The position numbers and the translations under genes are program-made. The notes below the pieces were generated by a model. It was given only the letters and a program-made list of their open reading frames with translations, was not told the DNA's origin and did not search any database. Shown in pieces: positions 28,800 through 38,316 of a stretch of DNA of 64,000 bases. Every line of letters starts with the position of its first letter. The first letter of the stretch is position 1. Source of the stretch: Methanobacteriota archaeon (GTDB taxonomy: Archaea > Thermoplasmatota > SW-10-69-26 > JACQPN01); the NCBI GenBank assembly GCA_016207515.1, contig JACQPN010000002.1:12350-76349 (forward strand). Direction: 5' to 3'.

Positions 28800-28892
28800 G
28801 ACCTTGCGAAGAAGGATGCCGCGCGTTCGGCGAGAACAGGGCCTTGGATCACGGTTCTCTAATCGGACCGCCCCAGGAGGAAATCGCGCCTT

Positions 28893-30878
28893 CTACTTCC
28901 CACCGTTCTTGTCCACACTCGGGCCCCCGAGCGATAGCCCGCCCGTCTGCCTGACGTACATGATCTTCGAAAGGCGCGCGGTGCCGCCTGCCGAGCCGTC
29001 CACGTATGCCATGTGGATGAGGCCGTCCTTGTCGGCCTGTATCTGGAAGAAGTCGAGGAGGTTACGTGCGTTTCCGCACGCACTCCCGCGCATGCAGACA
29101 GGCCCGTACTGGATGAGTTCGGGGCTTGCCGCGGATTCGACCCACGTCGCGTCGTCGTCCAACCCGTTCTCGGTGATCGCGAGAATCGTGTACCACTCGC
29201 CGAGCACTTTCTCCGGGTGTCCGACGAAGGCCGTACCATAGAAGGAGAGCGCGACCTTGCCGGCAGCCCCAGCGGTGAGCCACGGGAGAAGGTAGGTCCC
29301 CGGGTTGTTGTTCACTTTCTGCGGCGGCGACCACGTGGCGCCCTTGTCCGACGAGTGGGATATCCAGATGCTCAGGCCGCCGTTCGAATCCGTCTCGTCG
29401 CTCCACGCCGTGTAGACGTTACCGCCCGCGTCGGCCGTTACGACGGTGAAGATGTGGCAGGGGAAGCAAAACGACGTGTTCGTCTCGCCGTTACGCTTCG
29501 CGACGTTATGCCACACGAACGTCTTTCCCATGTCCGTCGACGTCGCAACCCCGGGGCCGTCGTCGTTGCATCCTGCAAGATAGAGCGTGCCGTCGGGGGC
29601 CCGTGCCAGATTGCCTCTGAAACAATCGTCTTCGGGGATGATGGTCCGGCCGGAGAACGTCTTTCCCCCGTCGAAAGAGTGTGTCACCGTCGCTCCGTCG
29701 CGTCCGTTGAAGCCGAGCCACACGTGGTCCGCCCCGTCGACGACGAGCCATTGGCGATCCGCCGAGTAGGGCGCTCCGATCGGGAGGCCGGGCGCGGCGA
29801 CTGGCAGCGCGGGCGGGGAAACGGGGTAGAACGAGGCCGGGTTCGGCTGCGCCGGGTACTGCGCTCCACCGGGGTTCGTGAACCAAGTCTTTCCGCCGTC
29901 GTGGCTTGAGGAAACGGTCTCGCCGCTTCCCCCTTGCTGGTCAGAGAAATAGATGGTGTCCTCGCCGGTGACCGCTACGTCGGAGTCGCCGCCGCCAACC
30001 GTGTATATGCTACCGGGATCGGAGAGCGCGCCCATCTGGTCGCTTCGGACATCGTGGTGGATCTTGATCCGCGTGAAACTCATGCCGCCATCCATCGACT
30101 GCCACAACGATTCTTGGGGACCCGTGGGCGCGGCGACGTAGATCGTGCCCTTGGGGCTCACCGCGATCGAAGGCTCGCCGGTGCGTTTTTCGGCATCGAC
30201 AAGGACCGGCGTCCCGAATTGGAGAGGCGCCTGTGTCCCGACCGGGACGGGAGAGCCCAAGATGGGCAGGGTGACGTTTCGTAGCGTGAGGCGCGCGGCG
30301 AAATCCACGGGGACGGCGTCGCCGATCCGTGAGATGGCGCTCACGCGGAGGCGCCAGTCACGCACTTCGGAACGATCCCCGTAAAGTGTCGCCCAGCATT
30401 CGCCGGCCCGTGCATTCCGGCCGATCGACGGCGCGCCGCACCAGGTCGTCCCGGACTCGTTGAGGACCCGGAAGCCTAGCGTCGCGGCACCGTCCATCCA
30501 CGTGAGGTTTCCTTGGACGATGGTCACGTCCGGGGGAAGGGTGAAGTCGAGGTCGACGTAGTTCAACGGGTCATCCGGTAGCCTTGGTTTCGAAACGCTC
30601 GAAGGGATCGGGACGGGAAGCGGGACCGGGGTCGGCCCAGTGTCCGGCCGCCAGATCGCGGCCGGTGGCGTCACCTTGCCGCTCCAGACGAGTACGACGG
30701 AGTCGCCGACGACCGAGATCTGTGCCCCGACGGCCTCGACGACGGGGGCGAGGTTCACGGGTAGCGACGTGTCCGTGGGCGTCATGGAACTTGTCGGCGA
30801 GACGCAGCCCGCGAGGCTCACGCCAAGAAGCGGCAAAACGATCGCAAGCGTGGACAGTCCCCGGACGTTCTTCCCCAT
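28893..30878 (-). CDS. secreted lipoprotein with BNR/Asp-box repeats (sialidase-like beta-propeller)
   Basis: Signal peptide plus lipobox (LAGC); four Asp-boxes (SHDGGKTW, SFDGGKTF, STDMGKTF, SSDKGATW); start at ATG 30878. Confidence 0.8.
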   Translation of the reverse strand: MGKNVRGLSTLAIVLPLLGVSLAGCVSPTSSMTPTDTSLPVNLAPVVEAVGAQISVVGDSVVLVWSGKVTPPAAIWRPDTGPTPVPLPVPIPSSVSKPRLPDDPLNYVDLDFTLPPDVTIVQGNLTWMDGAATLGFRVLNESGTTWCGAPSIGRNARAGECWATLYGDRSEVRDWRLRVSAISRIGDAVPVDFAARLTLRNVTLPILGSPVPVGTQAPLQFGTPVLVDAEKRTGEPSIAVSPKGTIYVAAPTGPQESLWQSMDGGMSFTRIKIHHDVRSDQMGALSDPGSIYTVGGGDSDVAVTGEDTIYFSDQQGGSGETVSSSHDGGKTWFTNPGGAQYPAQPNPASFYPVSPPALPVAAPGLPIGAPYSADRQWLVVDGADHVWLGFNGRDGATVTHSFDGGKTFSGRTIIPEDDCFRGNLARAPDGTLYLAGCNDDGPGVATSTDMGKTFVWHNVAKRNGETNTSFCFPCHIFTVVTADAGGNVYTAWSDETDSNGGLSIWISHSSDKGATWSPPQKVNNNPGTYLLPWLTAGAAGKVALSFYGTAFVGHPEKVLGEWYTILAITENGLDDDATWVESAASPELIQYGPVCMRGSACGNARNLLDFFQIQADKDGLIHMAYVDGSAGGTARLSKIMYVRQTGGLSLGGPSVDKNGGK

Positions 30879-31040
30879 GGTACGCCTCTTCAAGAGAAGA
30901 GCCGTTGGAGCCTTATCATTGTTCATGTATGAGGGTTGGTCAATCGAAGGCAAGAAAGGGCCTGGGCGCAGAGAATCCGTTGCTGTGACGTGATCCTCTG
31001 GCAATCGGGGCGTGCTCTACCCGACGATCTCCGGCCTTCT

Positions 31041-32495
31041 TCAAAAGAGCGTCTTTTGCAACCTGTGCTTCTCCCCAGGTATCTCCACGGGGTACTCGCC
31101 CGTGAGACATCCGAGGCACAAGTCGCCATTGTCCATGCCGATGGACCTTACGAGACCTTCGACCGAAAGGTAGGCAAGCGAGTCGGCTCCGATGAACGCC
31201 GCTATCTCTTTTTCGCTCCTCGACGCGGCGATGAGTTGTTCGCGGGTCGGCATGTCGACGCCGAGATAGCAAGGCGACTTTATCGGAGGCGAGCCGATCC
31301 TAAGATGCACTTCCTTCGCACCCGCCTCACGTAAGAGCGTGACGATGCGTCGCGTCGTCGTGCCGCGCACGATCGAATCATCGACGAGCACGACGCGTTT
31401 TCCTTTGATGACAGAAGGCACGGGGTTGAGCTTCAACTTCACGCCGATGTCGCGCGCCTGCTGTTCCGGCATGATGAAGGTGCGGTGGATGTAACGGTTC
31501 TTCATCAGGCCCTCCATGAACGGGATGCCGCTCTTGCGGGCGAACCCCAGCGCGTGCGTGCGGCCGGAGTCCGGGACGGGAACGACCACGTCGGCCCGTG
31601 CCGGGGCCTCCTCTGCGAGGATCTCGCCCAAGCGGATGCGCACGTCGTGGACGTTCTTCCCGTCCATGACGCTGTCCGCGCGGGCGAAGTAGACGAACTC
31701 GAACTGGCAATGGGCCGTCGATTCGGCGGCTGTCCCGGGAAACGCCTTCAACCCCTCCTCCGAGATCTCCACGATCTCGCCCGGTTCCATGTCCCGCAGG
31801 AACTTCGCGGAGACAACGTCGAGTGCGACACTCTCGGAAGCTGCGACGAATCCGCCATCGGGAAGCTCCCCGATGCAAAGCGGCCGTATCGCGTGAGGGT
31901 CGCGCACCGCATAGACGCGGTCCTTGAACAGGATGATGAACGAGTAAGCACCCGAGAGCCGCTTCATGACGCTTCGGATCGCCCGAACGACGTTCCCCGT
32001 CTCCGACAATTCGTTCGCGATCATGCGGACCGCGACCTCCGAGTCGCTCGAAGTCTGGAACGCCCAACCTTTGGCTTTCAGTTCCTCGCGCAGTTTTTTC
32101 GAATTCGCGATGTCGCCGTTGTGGCCGAGCGCCAGTTCCCCGTGCGAGGTCGTGACCGTGAACGGTTGCGCGTTCTCCAACGCCGATGCCCCCGTGGTCG
32201 AATAACGGACGTGGCCGATCCCTACGTTCCCGTCGAGCGTTTGGAGCACTTCCGGAGTGAAGACGTTCTCGACGAGGCCCATCCCGCGGAAGGTCTGCGT
32301 GCGCCCGGGTCGTACGCCGGGCCCGCCGTTGGTCCTCTCCTCGCCGGCGGAGGACCCGTTGTGCACCGCGATGCCCGACGATTCCTGGCCACGGTGCTGA
32401 AGAGACCGTAGACCATAGAAGATGAGGAGCGAAACGGAGCCCGACTTCGAAGCGATTCCGAAGATGCCGCACTTGTCCTTGGCTTCGCCTGGCAC
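31041..32495 (-). CDS. purF: amidophosphoribosyltransferase
   Basis: 484 aa; N-terminal CGIFGI glutaminase nucleophile after a short propeptide, PRTase motif VVLVDDSIVRGTT. Confidence 0.92.
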   Translation of the reverse strand: MPGEAKDKCGIFGIASKSGSVSLLIFYGLRSLQHRGQESSGIAVHNGSSAGEERTNGGPGVRPGRTQTFRGMGLVENVFTPEVLQTLDGNVGIGHVRYSTTGASALENAQPFTVTTSHGELALGHNGDIANSKKLREELKAKGWAFQTSSDSEVAVRMIANELSETGNVVRAIRSVMKRLSGAYSFIILFKDRVYAVRDPHAIRPLCIGELPDGGFVAASESVALDVVSAKFLRDMEPGEIVEISEEGLKAFPGTAAESTAHCQFEFVYFARADSVMDGKNVHDVRIRLGEILAEEAPARADVVVPVPDSGRTHALGFARKSGIPFMEGLMKNRYIHRTFIMPEQQARDIGVKLKLNPVPSVIKGKRVVLVDDSIVRGTTTRRIVTLLREAGAKEVHLRIGSPPIKSPCYLGVDMPTREQLIAASRSEKEIAAFIGADSLAYLSVEGLVRSIGMDNGDLCLGCLTGEYPVEIPGEKHRLQKTLF

Positions 32496-32645
32496 TGGGT
32501 CCCATTATTCTGAAGGACGCCGCCTTTATACGGGTTTCGTAGGCGGGTCGCGGGTCGTGGGACCGACGCCCTCGAAGGCGGCCTGAGAAGCGCTGCCGGA
32601 CGCCTTTTCCGGGGGAAGGGTTCAAGTATCCACAGGGATACAGGC

Positions 32646-33494
32646 GTGAACCAAATGACCGACCGCGTTCTCTTCGCCGTAGCGGCAATGGCCATCGTCC
32701 TTTCGGGCACCGTGAGCGCCGGCACCGAAAAGGCGCCCGAGCTCGTGGACGCTGCCATGGACACGGCCCGGCCCGACGAATCGCAATCCACGGACATCAT
32801 CGCGGGCTGGATCGAGAAGGAGGAAGAGGCGTCGTTCACGACCGTCATCAAGGTCCAGACGCTCGACTTGAACCTCGCGGCTGTGACCGGTTTCTCATTC
32901 GCGTTCAAGTACCGCGGCCTCGACTACGCGACGTCGGCCTTCCTCATCCCGGGCTCGCCCCCCGACTTCTCCTACGGTCACTGGGACGAGGATGCGGGCT
33001 TCACCTACGATTCGAACGCGACCACAGGCACGGTCACCGCCGGGTCCCCCGGCTACGTACGCGTCGTGTTCAAGAAGGACCACTTCACGTCGGAGCCCCA
33101 CGGCAACGCCGCTGCGGTCGCCTACAAGGACCCGCCGACCATCGAGAAGATCGCGGTGACGACGATCGACGGCAAGGCCTTCACGCCTCTCATCCTGCTC
33201 TTCCTCGTGAACGTCGACCCCTTTAGCGTCGCGCCGGCCCTTAGCTCGCCTCCGCCGGCGCTTTACAATTCAGACTCCGCCACCGCCACGAAGAACTACG
33301 TGATGACGCTCGGGGTCCCCGACGCGCCCGTCGTCGAGCCCTTGCTGGCCATCGAGCCGTTGAACGCGTCTGGCCATACCGAGCCGCTCTCCGATGATGC
33401 GACGGCGCCGCCGGTCGCCAATACGCCGGGCCCAGAGGCCTGGATGCTCGCGGCGGCGCTATCGGCGGCCATTGTCATAAGGCGTCGCCGGTAG
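32646..33494 (+). CDS. secreted protein with C-terminal membrane anchor (PGF-CTERM-like sorting signal)
   Basis: N-terminal signal peptide; C-terminus TPGPEAWMLAAALSAAIVIRRRR (Pro-Gly motif, hydrophobic helix, Arg cluster). Confidence 0.6.
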   Translation: MNQMTDRVLFAVAAMAIVLSGTVSAGTEKAPELVDAAMDTARPDESQSTDIIAGWIEKEEEASFTTVIKVQTLDLNLAAVTGFSFAFKYRGLDYATSAFLIPGSPPDFSYGHWDEDAGFTYDSNATTGTVTAGSPGYVRVVFKKDHFTSEPHGNAAAVAYKDPPTIEKIAVTTIDGKAFTPLILLFLVNVDPFSVAPALSSPPPALYNSDSATATKNYVMTLGVPDAPVVEPLLAIEPLNASGHTEPLSDDATAPPVANTPGPEAWMLAAALSAAIVIRRRR

Positions 33495-33581
33495 AGCAGG
33501 CCGTCGTCCTTTCCTCGGCGGCCCCGCGCTCACTTTCGAACATCCCCCCTTAGCCTTAAGACGGGCCTTTAGGTTCCCATC

Positions 33582-34061
33582 TTGATGGCCATGGCCCTCA
33601 AGAAACCCGTCGGTGTGAACGTGATGCTTGGAGTCGAGAACGTCGAGAAGACCGCGCACTTCTGGGAAGAGAACTTCGGGGCGAAGATCCGCGACCAGAT
33701 GAAGGCCCCAGATGGGACCTGGGTCCACGCGGGAACGAAGTTCGGCGAGTCCTACATCATGTGGGCCACGATCTCGCAGCCCGGAAGCATGAAGAAGGAG
33801 GACTGGCAGGCGTGGTCGGCAAAGCCTCGTTACAACGGCGTCAACGTCTACGTGAACGTGAAGAACGTGACGAAAGTCTGGGAGACGGCGAAGGCGAATG
33901 GAGCAGAGATCCGCGAACCCCTCACGGACCAGTTCTGGGGAGATCGGAACTTCACGTGCGTCGACAACAACGGCATCCTGGTGACCTTTGCCGAGAAGGT
34001 GAAGAACGTGACCGCGAAGCAGATGGCGAAGGCGCTCAAGGAATCGGGCCGCCCGCAGTAA
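33582..34061 (+). CDS. VOC-family (glyoxalase/bleomycin-resistance fold) protein
   Basis: 159 aa; beta-alpha-beta-beta-beta module pattern, conserved H/E metal-ligand positions. Confidence 0.7.
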   Translation: MMAMALKKPVGVNVMLGVENVEKTAHFWEENFGAKIRDQMKAPDGTWVHAGTKFGESYIMWATISQPGSMKKEDWQAWSAKPRYNGVNVYVNVKNVTKVWETAKANGAEIREPLTDQFWGDRNFTCVDNNGILVTFAEKVKNVTAKQMAKALKESGRPQ

Positions 34062-34209
34062 GCGTTTGGTAATACTGGTCCAACCCTCCGCTCATGGCGT
34101 AATCGCGGGACATCGTCGATTGCGCCCTGAGGCCGGCGGTGAGCGTCCGCGCGCCGCATGTCTTCGCACGGCTGGTTCTGCAGGTTCTCGAGGCCCGGTG
34201 TCGTCTGGT

Positions 34210-34635
34210 TCATGCCTGTTTCTTGCGACCCTTGGTCGGACTGAACGAGATGACCTTGATGCCGAGCTTTCTTGCGGCCTGCAACTGCCTGTCATCAGCG
34301 GAGACAAGGGTTCCTCCGGTGGAGACGGCTGCCTCTAGGTACTCCGCGTCGTAGTACGTCACGCCGGTGGCGGCATCCCAGACGCGATCGTCGTCGGTGT
34401 TCAACGGAATCAGGTCGATTCCGAGGAAGACGGCGCGGTGAAGCTCCTTGGCCTCGGCGACCTTCAGGTCGCGACACTCTTTCTGTATGACCCGTCCGAG
34501 CTCGCTGTATGCGATGTGTGGAGCTTGAAGCGCCATGCCTTTCGCCGAGGTTTCGCTAAGCCAGGCCCGAAACTCCTCCGATCCCGCCTCATCGAGGAAC
34601 GATTTTGCCAAAGCGCTGGCATCCAAGACGAACAT
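34210..34635 (-). CDS. vapC: PIN-domain toxin VapC
   Basis: ORF 34210..34707; start MFVLDASALAKSFLDE (PIN acidic residues D5, E/D ~40, D ~100). Confidence 0.8.
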   Translation of the reverse strand: MFVLDASALAKSFLDEAGSEEFRAWLSETSAKGMALQAPHIAYSELGRVIQKECRDLKVAEAKELHRAVFLGIDLIPLNTDDDRVWDAATGVTYYDAEYLEAAVSTGGTLVSADDRQLQAARKLGIKVISFSPTKGRKKQA

Positions 34636-34636
34636 C

Positions 34637-34846
34637 CTAGTGCTCCTCGCGAGCTTCCCGTACGACGTCAGCCACGGGACGACTTGCGGGCCGCCGGTAC
34701 TTCGCAAGGGTGGCGTTGCGACGATCGATTCGGAGTCTTTCTGCGAGCTTCGTGAGGTCCTCCTTCACGGTCTCGGCGATCTTGACTCCCGCCTCGTCGA
34801 GCTCGTGCTGTAGCGCATCTGGAATACGCACGCTGATTACACCCAT
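34637..34846 (-). CDS. vapB: ribbon-helix-helix antitoxin VapB (CopG-like)
   Basis: 69 aa, MGVISVRIPDALQHELDE...; stop 1 nt from vapC start. Confidence 0.75.
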   Translation of the reverse strand: MGVISVRIPDALQHELDEAGVKIAETVKEDLTKLAERLRIDRRNATLAKYRRPASRPVADVVREAREEH

Positions 34847-35005
34847 GTGTTTACATGGTTGTAAGACAAGATAAAGTTTACTGCTGGTTCTTACGGCCCA
34901 GGAGGGAAGTTGGTTGCACGGCGTGGGCGCCTTCGCGACCGACGTGCGAACCCGCCGACACCGCCGGTTAGTTATTTATACTTCGTCAGCGCACGTATAC
35001 ATTGT

Positions 35006-35209
35006 ATGCCAGAAGACACGATGCTTCGCGTCCCAGTGGCGGTTCGCGAGCGCCTGCGACGCTACGGCGTGAAGGGCCAGACGTACGCCAACATCCTGAC
35101 GAACCTGATGGACGAGTTTGACCATCGAGAGTTCGTGAAGGAACAAATCGCTTTGTTGGATGAGGCGATCGAGGAGAAGCCGCGCCTAGTTAACCTTCGA
35201 GACCTCTGA
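35006..35209 (+). CDS. antitoxin (RelB/ParD-like) of RelE module
   Basis: ORF 34910..35209, start placed at ATG 35006 (MPEDTMLRVPVAVRERLRRYG...); stop overlaps the toxin start (ATGA). Confidence 0.6.
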   Translation: MPEDTMLRVPVAVRERLRRYGVKGQTYANILTNLMDEFDHREFVKEQIALLDEAIEEKPRLVNLRDL

Positions 35210-35475
35210 TGCCTTACCGGGTGATCCTCGGGCGGCGCGCCGAAAAGAACCTTCGCGCGCTACGTGCCGATGAACGGGCGCGAGTCAAGGACGCTCTCCT
35301 CGTGCTGGAGGAAGACCCGATCCACCCCAGGCCCGGGGCGGACATCAAGCGGCTCAAGGGCACAAGACGCCTCTACCGCGTGCGCGTAGGCCCGTGGAGA
35401 GCCATCTATGGCATTCACGATGGCGACGTAATTATCACGGACTTCTTCAGGAAGAAGCGCGGATACGACATCTGA
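35209..35475 (+). CDS. relE: RelE/ParE-family toxin
   Basis: 88 aa; YRVRVGPWRAIYGIHDGDVIITDFFRKKRGY matches the RelE core. Confidence 0.8.
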   Translation: MPYRVILGRRAEKNLRALRADERARVKDALLVLEEDPIHPRPGADIKRLKGTRRLYRVRVGPWRAIYGIHDGDVIITDFFRKKRGYDI

Positions 35476-35617
35476 TCTGTCCATGCAGACGATGCAGATC
35501 GTCTTGGGGCGGACGGCCGCGCACCCTTGAACGCGAGACGGTTTCCAGCGTCGAAAACCCGATCTGCAGCGAGAGAATCCGCAAGTTCTATCGTCCGTCT
35601 CGGGGTAAGCGGGAAAC

Positions 35618-36847
35618 ATGGATCGTTCCAGCGGCCGCGTCCAAGTCGGCCTCGCGTTCCTCATCGTGTTCGTCGCGGGCTGCCTCGGCCCGCCGCCGAC
35701 GGGCGATGACGACGACGATGGACGGGACGAAGACCCTTCAACGGACCGACCGGGCGTGGGCGACAACGACGCTTCCGAGCATTTTGCGTCCGATGATGAC
35801 GGGTCTAACGAGGAGGGCGGCGACGACGACCCCGACGCCGCGTTCGAACGCGTCGAATGGAACCGCCGCATCAATGCGTCGTTTGCTCCGGTCGACTGCC
35901 CGAGGCCGCCCCGGCGCGAGTACAATGACACGTACTACAAGGGCCCGCTCATCGACACGCACATGCACATCCCGCACCTTCCCGATTCCCCGATCGGCGA
36001 GCCCGTGCCCGACGAGAAGATGCACCCCATCGCCGGTGTCAACGTCCGCATGGGCGAGATCGCGTGCCTCCTCAAGTGGGAGGGGACCAAGAGCGCCGTA
36101 TCGTTCTTCCCGGTATTCCCTCACATCGACTGGCAATCCCTCGAAGTCGTGAACCGGACGATGTCGCTCTATCCCGACCTCTTCATCCCGTTCATCATGG
36201 CGCCAGCCGCGAACGACGACCCACCGACCGTTGACGAGGGGCCACTTCGCGGAATGCTTGAGGTACATCCAGGGCTCTTCCGCGGCTATGGGGAAATCGG
36301 TCTCTACTCCCGCTCCGAAGGCGGACGCGACTTGAGGCCGGACGACCCCATCCTCAAACGCGTCTATCTCGTCCTCCGCGAACACAAGCTCGTCGCCTAC
36401 CTCCATCCCGGCGACGGCCACGCAGCCTCACTCGACGCGGTCCTCACGGAGAACCCGGACCTCAACCTCATCGTCCACGGAGACCAGATCGCGCCCGCTA
36501 TCGGCGCGTTGATGGACGCACACGACAACGTGTTCTTCACCGCGAACGACCTCTACGGCGACCAGTACCTGCTTCACCAGCGCGAGAACGCGACGACGTT
36601 CCTCGAAAAGACGAAGGACTTCGGCCCAATGCTTAGAAAGGATTGGGACGACTGGAAAGCGATCATCGAAGCGCATCCCGACCAGTTCATGTGGGGCACG
36701 GATCGGGGCGGCGTCGCGGTGTGGACGTACGACCACGCGGTCGGCGACCGGCTCTCGGATTACGGGCGCGCTTTCATCGGAGGACTCGATCCGGCCGTGC
36801 AGGAGAGGTTCGCTTTCAAGAACGCCGAGAGGCTGTTTTCGCGGTAG
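35618..36847 (+). CDS. secreted lipoprotein, amidohydrolase-superfamily (TIM-barrel metal-dependent hydrolase) domain
   Basis: Signal peptide plus lipobox (FVAGC), acidic low-complexity linker, then metal-binding His motifs (DTHMHIPH, HPGDGH, IVHGDQ). Confidence 0.7.
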   Translation: MDRSSGRVQVGLAFLIVFVAGCLGPPPTGDDDDDGRDEDPSTDRPGVGDNDASEHFASDDDGSNEEGGDDDPDAAFERVEWNRRINASFAPVDCPRPPRREYNDTYYKGPLIDTHMHIPHLPDSPIGEPVPDEKMHPIAGVNVRMGEIACLLKWEGTKSAVSFFPVFPHIDWQSLEVVNRTMSLYPDLFIPFIMAPAANDDPPTVDEGPLRGMLEVHPGLFRGYGEIGLYSRSEGGRDLRPDDPILKRVYLVLREHKLVAYLHPGDGHAASLDAVLTENPDLNLIVHGDQIAPAIGALMDAHDNVFFTANDLYGDQYLLHQRENATTFLEKTKDFGPMLRKDWDDWKAIIEAHPDQFMWGTDRGGVAVWTYDHAVGDRLSDYGRAFIGGLDPAVQERFAFKNAERLFSR

Positions 36848-37038
36848 CCGTGCGACGAGCCGCCGCGGGTCTTGGGGCGCCGAGCGCCAACCCTCTTGGC
36901 GACGCATGCCCGAGGGCAAACGAATGGACGCGCTTCAACGCCTGTGCTATAAATACCTCTCCGTGCATCGAAACGAGTGACGTCCAACTCGCCGCCTGAC
37001 AACCGGTGCGGGGCGACGCATCGTGCCAAGCGGAGTAG

Positions 37039-38187
37039 TTGAATTTGGACCTCGCCTGGAACCCGCTCGGCGCCATCGGCATCGTGGTGGGCGTCCTCGC
37101 TTGCGCCATGGCGGCGCTCGTGTGGAAGGCGCGGGCCGACCGGGCCCAAAACCGCTGGCTCGCGGCCTACCTCTTCGGCAACGGCTTGTACTTCGTCGCC
37201 TACAACGGCCTCCGACTCTTCGCGACCGATCCCCGTGACGCCTACGCGCTCATGGCCTCAGGTTGGTCGGTGAATCTGCTGTCCGTCGGAGGATACTTTG
37301 CCTTCCTCTCTACGTTGGATTCCCCTCTCGTCTCTTGGATGCGAAGGTACCGGATCGTGTGGGCCGTGATGGGCGGCTCTGCCCTGGTCGCGGCATATGT
37401 CGTCGTCCAGCCGGGTGCTTGGTTCCCGGGCGTGCAGCCACTCGGTGGTTTTTCGGGATGGGGCGCAGTCTCCTCCCCGCTTAGAAACCTCGTCCTCCTG
37501 GTCCTCACGGGCCTCTTTATCTTTTCCGCAGCGCCGGCGATCGACGCTTGGCGCCGAGCGAAGACGCCGCTCCTACGTCGCCAAGGTTGGATCTTTGGCG
37601 CCACGTTCGCGACGACATCGCTCGGTTGGGCGGCCTTCATAATATGGTACCTGGCCTCGGGAACGGGCACATTCACGCCGTTTGTCGTGGTCGTCAATTT
37701 CCTGTGGCAGGCCCTGCTTTCGCTTGCCCTCTCCCTTGGCCTTGCGTACGGGATCCTGAAGACCCAACTTTTCGACGTCGACATCAAGCTCAAGTGGACG
37801 TTGCGAAGCGGCACGCTCGCGGGCGCCTTCTTGGGCGTTTTCTTCGTGGCAAGCGAGGCAGCGCAATCGGTACTCTCCGCACAACTCGGTCCCATTGTCG
37901 GGCTCGTCGCAACGGGTGCTCTCGTGTTCGCGTTGGCACCGCTCCAGCGCGCCGCGGACAGGATCGCGGACAAGGCCATGCCGCGCGTTTCGGACGACGC
38001 CGAGTACAGGACGGTGAGAAAGCGCGAGGTGTACGCCGCGGCCGTCGAGAGTGCTCTCGAAGAGGGCGACATACGCCCGAAGGAGCGCGGGATGCTCGCG
38101 ACACTTGCGGACCAGCTTGGGCTAGGTCCGAAGGAGATGCACGAGATCGAGGTTGAGGCGCGTTCGGAAAGAGCGCGGGTGGCGTAG
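37039..38187 (+). CDS. array member A: polytopic membrane protein (~9 TM) with conserved C-terminal module
   Basis: 382 aa, TTG start; seven N-terminal TM helices, then conserved TM hairpin (FFVASEAAQ...ALVFALAPL) and cytoplasmic helical tail. Confidence 0.75.
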   Translation: MNLDLAWNPLGAIGIVVGVLACAMAALVWKARADRAQNRWLAAYLFGNGLYFVAYNGLRLFATDPRDAYALMASGWSVNLLSVGGYFAFLSTLDSPLVSWMRRYRIVWAVMGGSALVAAYVVVQPGAWFPGVQPLGGFSGWGAVSSPLRNLVLLVLTGLFIFSAAPAIDAWRRAKTPLLRRQGWIFGATFATTSLGWAAFIIWYLASGTGTFTPFVVVVNFLWQALLSLALSLGLAYGILKTQLFDVDIKLKWTLRSGTLAGAFLGVFFVASEAAQSVLSAQLGPIVGLVATGALVFALAPLQRAADRIADKAMPRVSDDAEYRTVRKREVYAAAVESALEEGDIRPKERGMLATLADQLGLGPKEMHEIEVEARSERARVA

Positions 38188-38316
38188 ATGCCCCTCTCGC
38201 CGGGTTTCCTCGTCACGCAGGCGACTACCCTCCTTCTCGTCGTGCTGGGCGCGTTCGTCCTGACCGTGCGACCGCGCACGCGTGCGCCGGCTTTCCCGGT
38301 CACGGAGGCGGCCTGA
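38188..38316 (+). CDS. array fragment B1: 42-aa ORF carrying only the family N-terminal TM motif
   Basis: ATG immediately after A stop; LLLVVLGAFVLTVRPRTRAP matches the N-terminal LG...L[RK]PRT motif of C-G; likely gene remnant or split gene. Confidence 0.35.
   Translation: MPLSPGFLVTQATTLLLVVLGAFVLTVRPRTRAPAFPVTEAA

Noticed and set aside
31378-32688. 436-aa minus-strand ORF overlapping purF in another frame
   Set aside because: Arg/Gly/Pro-rich; the purF frame has unmistakable amidophosphoribosyltransferase motifs.
35260-36152. ORFs 35260..35931 (minus) and 35394..36152 (plus) overlapping the RelE gene and the amidohydrolase lipoprotein gene
   Set aside because: Ser/Arg-rich low-complexity translations; the neighbouring frames give coherent RelE and signal-peptide/amidohydrolase proteins.
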